Position numbers and translations under genes: made by a program | Origin: Mycobacteriales bacterium | GTDB lineage: Bacteria; Actinomycetota; Actinomycetes; Mycobacteriales; SCTD01 | Assembly: GCA_030447385.1 (NCBI GenBank) | Contig: JAUJOY010000003.1 | Coordinates: 77,362-141,361, forward strand | Direction of reading: 5' to 3' | Length of the DNA: 64,000 nucleotides | Shown: positions 57,045 through 64,000 of the stretch, one piece after another | Layout of the letters: each line of letters opens with the position of its first letter | Position numbering within the stretch: the first letter of the stretch is position 1 | The notes under the pieces: generated by a model | Database searches by the model: none | What the model saw: the letters and a program-made list of their open reading frames with translations, nothing else | What the model was told of the DNA's origin: nothing

Positions 57045-58618
57045 GCCGGCCAGGGTTCGTGCTGGAGGTCGACGAGCGCACCCCGCCGCTGCTCGTGCAC
57101 GAGGGGGAGCGGCTGCGCCTCGAGACCTTCCCGCTGGGCACCCGGGTCGTCTACCCGCCGGAGTCGCTGCCGGGGCTGCCGGACGTGGACGCGGCGATCC
57201 GGCAGGCGCTGCTGAACCCGCTTGGCACCGACCCGCTCCCCGAGCTCCTCTTCCGCGGTATGCGGCTCACGATCGCCTTCGACGACATCTCCTTGCCCCT
57301 GCCGCAGATGCAGCTCCCCGATGTGCGGCAGCGAATCGTGGAGGCCGTCCTGACGATGGCCGCCGAGGCGGGTGTAGACGACGTGAAGCTGGTGGCGGCG
57401 AATGCGCTGCACCGCCGCATGACACCTGCGGAGCTGCGACGGTGCCTGGGGGAGAGAGTCTTTCGTTCGTTCTTCCCGGATTCCTTGACCAACCACGATG
57501 CCGAGGACGGGCAGAACCTGCTGCACCTGGGCACCACCGACCGGGGCGAGGACGTCGAGATCAACCGTCGCGCGGCGGAGTCCGACCTGCTGGTCTACGT
57601 CAACATCAACCTGGTCGCGATGGACGGCGGGCACAAGTCCGTGCCGATCGGCCTGGCGTCCTACAAGAGCTTGAAGCACCACCACAACACCCACACGATG
57701 CTGCACAGCAAGAGCTACATGGACCCGCCGCGATCGGCGCTGCACGGCTCCGCGGCGCGCATGGGTGCGCTGGTCGCGGACACGGTGAAGGTCTTCCACA
57801 TCGAGACGACGCTCAACAACGACGCGTTCCCGTCGCCGTACCGCTTCCTCACCAAGCGCGAGTGGGAGTGGTCGGGCAAGGAGCAGGCCACGATGCTGGC
57901 CGTCAAGCGGGGACTCGACCTCGCGCCGGCGAAGGTGCGCCATCGCATCTTCCGCTCCATGGAGGCGCCGTACGGCGTGACGTCCGTGCAGGCCGGCGCG
58001 ACCGATCAGGTGCACGAGCGCACGCTGGCCGCCGTGCACCGCCAGCAGCTGGTCGAGGTGGACGGGCAGAGCGACGTGCTCGTGGTCGGGGTGCCCTACG
58101 TCGGCCCGTACAACGTCAACAGCGTGCTCAACCCGATCCTCGCGATGTGCCTCGGGATGGGCTACTTCTTCAACATGTACCGCGGTCGCCCGCTGGTGCG
58201 GCCCGGCGGTGCGATGATCCTGTATCACCCGGTGCCGTGGCAGTTCTCGCAGCTGCACCATCCGAGCTACCTCGACTTCTTCGAGGAGGTCCTCGCCGAG
58301 TCCACGGACCCGGCGACGATCGAGAAGAAGTTCGAGCAGCAGTACGCGACCGACCCCTGGTACATCCACCTTTACCGGACGTCGTACGCCTACCACGGCG
58401 TCCACCCCTTCTACATGTGGTACTGGGGTGCGCATGCGATGGACCACCTCGACGACGTGATCTGGGTCGGTGCCGACCCGCGCACCGTCGGGCGGATGGG
58501 CTTCCGGTCCGCCTCGACGATGCAGGACGCGCTGCAGATGGCGAGCGGCTCGGTCGGTCGCTCGCCGTCGATCACCTACCTGCACTCGCCGCCGTTCGCC
58601 CTCGCCGACGTGCGGTGA
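57041..58618 (+). CDS. LarA-like protein (lactate racemase N-terminal domain / DUF2088 family)
   Basis: GTGA overlap with the upstream gene. About 525 aa. LTIAFDDISLPLP...VKLVAANALHRRMT...NINLVAMDGGHKS resembles the LarA-N family as I recall it. The assignment needs HMM confirmation. Confidence 0.6.
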   Translation: MSRPGFVLEVDERTPPLLVHEGERLRLETFPLGTRVVYPPESLPGLPDVDAAIRQALLNPLGTDPLPELLFRGMRLTIAFDDISLPLPQMQLPDVRQRIVEAVLTMAAEAGVDDVKLVAANALHRRMTPAELRRCLGERVFRSFFPDSLTNHDAEDGQNLLHLGTTDRGEDVEINRRAAESDLLVYVNINLVAMDGGHKSVPIGLASYKSLKHHHNTHTMLHSKSYMDPPRSALHGSAARMGALVADTVKVFHIETTLNNDAFPSPYRFLTKREWEWSGKEQATMLAVKRGLDLAPAKVRHRIFRSMEAPYGVTSVQAGATDQVHERTLAAVHRQQLVEVDGQSDVLVVGVPYVGPYNVNSVLNPILAMCLGMGYFFNMYRGRPLVRPGGAMILYHPVPWQFSQLHHPSYLDFFEEVLAESTDPATIEKKFEQQYATDPWYIHLYRTSYAYHGVHPFYMWYWGAHAMDHLDDVIWVGADPRTVGRMGFRSASTMQDALQMASGSVGRSPSITYLHSPPFALADVR

Positions 58619-59529
58619 GCGGCGACCTGCGGACCGCGGCGCGTGGCTGGCGCTGGGGGCGTACGCCGTTGGTGCCCGCCGGCGCCGAGCCGCACCGCCT
58701 GCCCGTCGAGGACCGGGTGTTCCCCACCGACTGGGCCCGCTCCCCCGCGGCGGTGGCGGTACGCGGCGCGGTGCAGCGGTACGGGCTCCGGCCGCTCGTG
58801 CACTCGCAGCTGCGCGTGCAGGTCGAGGGGCTCGAGGCGCTGCGCGACCTGCGGGGTCCCGTCGTGTTCGTCTCCGACCACACGTCCCACCTCGACGCGC
58901 CGCTGGTGCTGACCACGCTGCCCGAGCGGTGGCGCCGCCGCACGGCTGTGGCGGCCGCGGCCGACTACTTCTTCGACACCTGGCCCCGAGCCGTGGGCTC
59001 GACGATGGCCTTCTCCACCTTCCCGATGGAGCGTCGCGCCGGCGGCGCCTCGACAGCCGCGGAGCTGCTGTTCGAGGGCTGGAGCCTGCTGGTGTTCCCG
59101 GAGGGTACGCGGTCGCGGGACGGCTGGGCGGCGCCGTACAAGCGTGGCGCGGCCTACCTGGCGCTGAGCGCCGGGGTGCCGCTCGTGCCGATCGCGGTAC
59201 GCGGCTCCTTCCGGGCCATGCCCCGCGGGCGGGCCTGGCCGGTCGGGGGCCGGCCGGCTGTGCGCGTGCGCTACGGGACGGCGGTGCATCCCCTTCCTGG
59301 TGAGGCCGCGGCTGCGCTCACCACCCGCCTTCGCGCGCAGGTGTCGCGGCTTCGCGACGAGGACGCCACCGACTGGTACGCCTCCATGCGCCGCTCGGCG
59401 GACGGCAGCACGCCGTCGGCCGCCGGACCGGAGGCGGCCCGCTGGCGGCGGGTGTGGGCCGCCACCGAGCCGGTCGCGCCGGTGCGGGCGACCGAGCCGC
59501 GGGCGGCCTGGCGCAAGCGCCCCCGATAG
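58615..59529 (+). CDS. PlsC/AGPAT-family (lysophospholipid) acyltransferase
   Basis: GTGA overlap with the upstream gene. Motif [10 protein letters not shown] (HX4D), motif [13 protein letters not shown], motif [11 protein letters not shown]. Confidence 0.8.
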   Translation: MSGDLRTAARGWRWGRTPLVPAGAEPHRLPVEDRVFPTDWARSPAAVAVRGAVQRYGLRPLVHSQLRVQVEGLEALRDLRGPVVFVSDHTSHLDAPLVLTTLPERWRRRTAVAAAADYFFDTWPRAVGSTMAFSTFPMERRAGGASTAAELLFEGWSLLVFPEGTRSRDGWAAPYKRGAAYLALSAGVPLVPIAVRGSFRAMPRGRAWPVGGRPAVRVRYGTAVHPLPGEAAAALTTRLRAQVSRLRDEDATDWYASMRRSADGSTPSAAGPEAARWRRVWAATEPVAPVRATEPRAAWRKRPR

Positions 59530-59783
59530 CAGAGGTCCTCGCCCCCGGGCAGGCACCCACGACGGCAGGGCCGGAGCCGGGCTCTGGCGCCCCGGACCTG
59601 TCGTACCCCGGCCGCACGCTGGAGGGGTGAACCTCCACCACGCGGACTGTCGGCACCCCCGGCCGCAGAGCCCGGCTCGCGACCCGCTGCGCCCGCGAGA
59701 GCAACACGCCGTACGACCTGCGGCTTCGCGTCTTCTCCCCGCGTGTCGCTTGCCTCAGGGGCTGTGCGGAGCTACTGTCCCCG

Positions 59784-59799
59784 ACACAACATCTAGGGA
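59784..59799. promoter_or_regulatory. Candidate NrdR box upstream of nrdR-nrdJ
   Basis: ACACAACATCTAGGGA matches the published NrdR-box consensus acaCwAtATaTwGtgt at 12 of 16 positions by my count. It lies 86 nt upstream of the nrdR start. I could not find a convincing second box. Confidence 0.3.
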
Positions 59800-59884
59800 T
59801 TACACGGTTGTAGTTCTCCACATGCTGTGGGCAACCGGATCCACAGGTGTGGACACGCCGCCGCGACGAGAGGGGATCCAGACC

Positions 59885-60403
59885 GTGCGCTGCCCGTTCT
59901 GCCGGCACCCCGACAGCCGCGTCGTCGACAGCCGCGAGACGAGCGAGGGCGACGCCATCCGGCGCCGCCGCTCGTGCCCGGAGTGCGGCCGGCGCTTCAC
60001 CACGGTCGAGGAGATGTCCCTGGCCGTGGTGAAGCGCAGCGGCGTGCACGAGCCGTTCAGCCGCGCGAAGATCGTCAGCGGAGTGCGCAAGGCCTGCCAG
60101 GGACGGCCGGTGAGCGAGGACGCGCTGGCGCTGCTCGCGGCCCGTGTCGAGGACGCCATCCGCGCCGGCGGCAACCCCGAGGTCCCCGCCGACGAGGTGG
60201 GACTGGCGATCCTCGAACCCCTCCGCGAGCTCGACGTCGTGGCCTACCTGCGGTTCGCGAGCGTCTACCGCGCCTTCGAGTCGCTCGCCGACTTCGAGGC
60301 CGAGATCACCGCCCTTCGGGTTAGCGCACCCGGCGGCAAGCACGACCCCCGCCCGCCGGATCGACAGGCCACCCCGCCGAACCGGCTCAGCCCCGCGCGC
60401 TGA
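59885..60403 (+). CDS. nrdR: Transcriptional repressor NrdR
   Basis: From the GTG at 59885: [42 protein letters not shown] (zinc ribbon), followed by an ATP-cone ([24 protein letters not shown]...). Confidence 0.95.
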   Translation: MRCPFCRHPDSRVVDSRETSEGDAIRRRRSCPECGRRFTTVEEMSLAVVKRSGVHEPFSRAKIVSGVRKACQGRPVSEDALALLAARVEDAIRAGGNPEVPADEVGLAILEPLRELDVVAYLRFASVYRAFESLADFEAEITALRVSAPGGKHDPRPPDRQATPPNRLSPAR

Positions 60404-60494
60404 GTCAACCCCGGACGGCACTCCCGCCCCACCCACGAGCGAATGCGGCAGACGCCGCGGTTGTTGACCACAGAGACGGCAGAAGGAGCACGGC

Positions 60495-63278
60495 ATGACG
60501 GAGACGGTCACCGGCACATCGCGCCAGCACAGGCGCCTGCCGATCGAGCGGGTCTACACGACGCCCGGCGTGCACCCCTACGCGGAGGTGACGTGGCAGC
60601 AGCGCGACATCGTCATGACCAACTGGCGCGACGGCACGGTCAACTTCGAGCAGCGCGGCGTGGAGTTCCCCGACTTCTGGTCGGTCAACGCCGCCAACAT
60701 CGTCACGACGAAGTACTTCCGCGGCGCCGTCGGGACGCCCGAGCGCGAGTTCAGCCTGCGCCAGCTGATCGACCGGGTGGTGCTGAAGTACACCGAGGCC
60801 GGGCGCGAGCACGGCTACTTCGCGAGCGAGGACGACGCGACGCTGTTCGAGCACGAGCTGACCTGGATGCTGCTGCACCAGGTGTTCAGCTTCAACTCGC
60901 CCGTCTGGTTCAACGTGGGAACGTCCGCGCCACAGCAGGTTGCCGCGTGCTTCATCCTCGCCGTGGACGACCAGATGGACTCGATTCTGAACTGGTACCG
61001 CGAGGAGGGCCTGATCTTCAAGGGCGGCTCGGGAGCCGGTCTCAACCTCTCCCGTATCCGCTCCTCGAAGGAGCTGCTCAGCAGCGGCGGCACCGCGAGC
61101 GGTCCGGTGTCGTTCATGCGGGGTGCGGATGCGTCGGCCGGCACCATCAAGAGCGGTGGCGCGACCCGTCGGGCCGCGAAGATGGTCGTGCTCGACGTGG
61201 ACCACCCCGACATCGAGGAGTTCATCGAGACGAAGGCGCGGGAGGAGGACAAGATCCGCGCACTGCGTGACGCCGGTTTCGACATGGACCTCGGTGGCAG
61301 GGACATCGTCAGCGTCCAGTACCAGAACGCCAACAACTCGGTACGCGTCAGCGACGAGTTCATGCGCGCAGTCGAGGACGGCAAGCCGTTCGGGCTGCGG
61401 GGCCGGCTCGACGGCCAGGTGATCGAGACGGTGGAGGCTCGGGCGCTGTGGCGCAAGCTCGCGCAGGCCGCTTGGGAGTGCGCCGACCCCGGCATCCAGT
61501 ACGACGACACGATCAACGACTGGCACACCAACCCCGAGACCGGCCGGATCACGGCGAGCAACCCCTGCTCCGAGTACATGAGCCTCGACAACTCCTCGTG
61601 CAACCTCGCGTCGCTCAACCTCATGGCGTTCCTGCGTCCGGACGGCACGTTCGAGGCGCACAAGTTCGCCCAGGCCGTCGAGGTGATCATCACCGCGATG
61701 GACATCTCGATCTGCTTCGCCGACTTTCCGACCGAGCCGATCGCCCAGACCACCCGTGCCTACCGCCAGCTCGGCATCGGCTACGCCAACCTCGGTGCGC
61801 TGCTGATGGCGACCGGTCACGCATACGACTCCGACGGCGGCCGGGCGCTGGCCGGAGCGATCACGAGCTTGATGACGGCGACCGCGTACCGGCGCTCGGC
61901 GGAGCTCGCCGGGATGGTCGGGCCGTACGACGGCTACGCGCGCAACGCCGACGCCCACAAGCGGGTGATCCGCAAGCACGCCGCGGCGAACGACTCCGTA
62001 CGCGCGGTGGGCGCGGACGACGGGCGGATCCTGCACGAGGCCACCCGTGCCTGGCAGGAGTGCCTCGAGTTCGGCGAGCGCAACGGCTACCGCAACGCGC
62101 AGGCCAGCGTCATCGCGCCGACCGGCACCATCGGCCTGATGATGGACTGCGACACCACAGGCCTCGAGCCCGATCTGGCGCTCGTGAAGTTCAAGAAGCT
62201 GGTCGGCGGCTCGTCCATGCAGATCGTCAACGGCACCGTCTCGCGTGCCCTGCGGGCTCTGGGCTACCAGGAGGAGTCGGTCGAGGCGATCGTCGAGCAC
62301 ATCGCCGACAAGGGCAACGTCGTCGACGCGCCAGGGCTGAAGCCGGAGCACTACTCGGTCTTCGACTGCGCCATGGGGGAGCGGTCCATCTCCCCGATGG
62401 GCCACGTGAAGATGATGGCGGCCATCCAGCCGTTCGTCTCGGGGGCCCTGTCCAAGACCGTCAACCTGCCGGCCGAGGCGAGCGTCGAGGACGTCGAGAA
62501 GGTCTACTTCCAGGGCTGGAAGATGGGACTGAAGGCGCTGGCGATCTACCGCAACAACTCCAAGGTCGGCCAGCCCCTCACGGACAACAAGCAGAAGGCG
62601 CAGACGCTGGACGAGCTCGTGGCCGCCCAGCCGATTCGCCGGCGACTGCCGAAGAAGCGCCGCTCGCAGACGATCTCGTTCTCGGTCGCGGGCGCTGAGG
62701 GTTACATGACCTCCGGCGAGTACGACGACGGCAACGTCGGCGAGGTCTTCATCAAGATGAGCAAGCAGGGCTCGACCCTCGCCGGGGTGATGGATGCCTT
62801 CTCGGTCAGCATCTCGATCGGCCTGCAGTACGGCGTACCGCTCGAGGCCTTCGTCTCGAAGTTCACCAACATGCGGTTCGACCCGGCCGGCATGACCGAC
62901 GACGCCGACATCCGCATCGCCCAGTCGGTGATGGACTACCTGTTCCGCCGCCTCGCCCTGGACTACCTGCCGTACGAGAAGCGGGCGGACCTCGGGATCT
63001 TCTCGGCGGAGGAGCGGGCAGCCAAGCTGTCGGAACCGGCTCTGGCCGCCGCCGACGAGGTGGACGTGGAAGGCCTGGCGCAGTCGGTGCCGGTCGTCGC
63101 CACTCCGCGGGCCGTCCAGCCGGCGCCGCCCAAGGTCGGCTCCTCGACCGAGCTGCTCGAGTCGCAGCAGGGCACGGCCGCGGACGCTCCGCTCTGCATG
63201 ACCTGCGGGGTCAAGATGCGGCCGGCCGGGTCCTGCTACGTGTGCGAGAGCTGCGGGAGCACCAGCGGGTGCAGCTGA
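60495..63278 (+). CDS. nrdJ: Vitamin B12-dependent (class II) ribonucleotide reductase
   Basis: 927 aa with TKYFRG, ACFILAVDD, GGSGAGLNLSRIR, GGATRRAAKM, SNPCSEY...CNLASLNL, and a C-terminal Cys-rich tail CMTCGVKMRPAGSCYVCESCGS. The nrdR-nrdJ arrangement matches that of Streptomyces. Confidence 0.95.
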   Translation: MTETVTGTSRQHRRLPIERVYTTPGVHPYAEVTWQQRDIVMTNWRDGTVNFEQRGVEFPDFWSVNAANIVTTKYFRGAVGTPEREFSLRQLIDRVVLKYTEAGREHGYFASEDDATLFEHELTWMLLHQVFSFNSPVWFNVGTSAPQQVAACFILAVDDQMDSILNWYREEGLIFKGGSGAGLNLSRIRSSKELLSSGGTASGPVSFMRGADASAGTIKSGGATRRAAKMVVLDVDHPDIEEFIETKAREEDKIRALRDAGFDMDLGGRDIVSVQYQNANNSVRVSDEFMRAVEDGKPFGLRGRLDGQVIETVEARALWRKLAQAAWECADPGIQYDDTINDWHTNPETGRITASNPCSEYMSLDNSSCNLASLNLMAFLRPDGTFEAHKFAQAVEVIITAMDISICFADFPTEPIAQTTRAYRQLGIGYANLGALLMATGHAYDSDGGRALAGAITSLMTATAYRRSAELAGMVGPYDGYARNADAHKRVIRKHAAANDSVRAVGADDGRILHEATRAWQECLEFGERNGYRNAQASVIAPTGTIGLMMDCDTTGLEPDLALVKFKKLVGGSSMQIVNGTVSRALRALGYQEESVEAIVEHIADKGNVVDAPGLKPEHYSVFDCAMGERSISPMGHVKMMAAIQPFVSGALSKTVNLPAEASVEDVEKVYFQGWKMGLKALAIYRNNSKVGQPLTDNKQKAQTLDELVAAQPIRRRLPKKRRSQTISFSVAGAEGYMTSGEYDDGNVGEVFIKMSKQGSTLAGVMDAFSVSISIGLQYGVPLEAFVSKFTNMRFDPAGMTDDADIRIAQSVMDYLFRRLALDYLPYEKRADLGIFSAEERAAKLSEPALAAADEVDVEGLAQSVPVVATPRAVQPAPPKVGSSTELLESQQGTAADAPLCMTCGVKMRPAGSCYVCESCGSTSGCS

Positions 63279-63294
63279 GCACGGAGTGCTGACC

Positions 63295-63324
63295 GGCCGG
63301 GCGTCGCGAGCGCGACGCCCGGCC
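63295..63324. terminator. Strong GC hairpin between convergent nrdJ and a small reverse-strand ORF (possible bidirectional terminator)
   Basis: Perfect 14-bp inverted repeat, GGCCGGGCGTCGCG (63295-63308) with CGCGACGCCCGGCC (63311-63324). It begins 17 nt after the nrdJ stop. Confidence 0.45.
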
Positions 63325-63330
63325 CAGAGC

Positions 63331-63393
63331 TCACTTGCTGTCGTCCTTCTTGGTGTCCTTCGGTGCTGGTTCGCAGCCGCACTCCTCGCACAT
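63331..63393 (-). CDS. Candidate 20-aa Cys-rich small protein
   Basis: Reverse-strand GGAGAGGAGG, then 6 nt, then the ATG at 63393. It encodes MCEECGCEPAPKDTKKDDSK and a stop. G/C occupies the third codon position in most codons. Absent from the ORF track because it is too short. Divergent from the ArsR-type gene. Confidence 0.35.
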   Translation of the reverse strand: MCEECGCEPAPKDTKKDDSK

Positions 63394-63492
63394 GTCCGTC
63401 CTCCTCTCCCGGGTTGTGCCAACGACTGTTGTTGTTACCCCGTCACCGGGATTGCGTCAACAGGTGTTGTCGAAAGCCTGTACGGTGGCGTC

Positions 63493-64000
63493 ATGGCGCT
63501 CGAGCAGGACATCGAGACGCTGGGCCTGTTCACCGAGCCGCAGCGCCTTCGGTTGTTCGAGCAGGTCCAGGCTGCGCGGACGTGCACGGTGAACGAGCTG
63601 GCCGCCGCGCTGGGGATCGGCCGGAGCCTGGTCACCTTCCACCTGGGCAAGCTGATCGAGGCGGGGTTCGTCGAGGTGGCCGCACCGGAGCGCGCCACGG
63701 GAGGCCGGGGACGGCCCGCGGCGCGCTACCGCGTCACCGGTCGTGAGACGGCCGTGACCGTCCCCCACCGTCGCTACGACCTGCTCGCCGGCATCCTGCT
63801 CGACAGCGTCGCGGAGCACCGACCCGGCGAGAGCGCACAGGCGAGCGGGCTGCGCGCCGCCCGCCGCCGCGGCACAGAGCTCGGACACCGGTTCCGGGAG
63901 AAGCGGGACGTGCGCACCAACGCAGGGCGGCTCGCGCGCGTGGAGCGGCTGCTGGCGGCTCTGGGCTACGCCCCTTGCCGGCGGGGCGACGAGGTCGTCG
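63493..64000 (+). CDS. ArsR/SmtB-like winged-helix transcriptional regulator; 3' end runs off the window
   Basis: From the ATG at 63493: MALEQDIETLGLFTEPQRLRLFEQVQAARTCTVNELAAALGIGRSLVTFHLGKLIEAGFVEV..., the typical ArsR-family wHTH pattern. The frame is still open at 64000, so it is not in the ORF track. Confidence 0.65.
   Translation, partial: MALEQDIETLGLFTEPQRLRLFEQVQAARTCTVNELAAALGIGRSLVTFHLGKLIEAGFVEVAAPERATGGRGRPAARYRVTGRETAVTVPHRRYDLLAGILLDSVAEHRPGESAQASGLRAARRRGTELGHRFREKRDVRTNAGRLARVERLLAALGYAPCRRGDEVV

Noticed and set aside
60404-60494. Possible cobalamin riboswitch ahead of nrdJ
   Set aside because: The spacer is only 91 nt, which is too short for a B12 element. I see no B12-box-like sequence. 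nrdJ appears co-transcribed with nrdR and has its own GAAGGAG RBS.
60405-63422. 1005-aa reverse-strand ORF opposite nrdJ
   Set aside because: It is antisense to an unambiguous class II ribonucleotide reductase and has no motifs of its own.

Overview
High-GC (roughly 70-75% by eye) chromosomal backbone from an actinobacterium (Actinomycetota). It is densely coding, with about 55 genes. I found no rRNA, tRNA, CRISPR array, transposase or integrase. Gene order matches the conserved Mycobacterium/Streptomyces core: ftsK-rimO-pgsA-cinA-clgR, a PspA envelope-stress locus, tandem nei genes and lhr, DUF3046-recA-recX, a dynamin-like GTPase pair, ggt, an mshC-like gene, a GAF-PP2C-HATPase sensor and an S8 protease. 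It continues with miaB, a GNAT gene, an Rv0247c-0249c-type succinate dehydrogenase, dodecin, gluABCD, miaA-dapF-hflX, lexA with a divergent ChiZ-like LysM gene, a second S8 protease, nrdR-nrdJ and a partial ArsR-type regulator. Many long ORFs in the track are antisense or alternate-frame artefacts of the high GC content. Seven observations deserve a second look. (1) A translationally coupled four-gene operon at 53512-59529 (acyl reductase-HAD fusion, Zn-ADH, LarA-like protein, PlsC-type acyltransferase) lies between lexA/LysM and nrdR and looks like an uncharacterised lipid-tailoring system. (2) A ~67-83 bp palindromic repeat family has three copies, two of which flank a GNAT gene as direct repeats. 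(3) Frameshifts cluster in only two genes: three in sdhA and two in a solute-binding/vWA gene. (4) A lower-GC two-gene insert lies between hflX and lexA. (5) recA and the lexA/LysM divergent region each carry SOS boxes plus a RecA-NDp-type promoter motif. (6) PspA is flanked by two PspM-like membrane proteins. (7) A 20-codon Cys-rich ORF with a strong Shine-Dalgarno (SD) sequence lies divergent from the ArsR-type regulator. All functional calls rest on motifs I recognised by eye; no database search was run.
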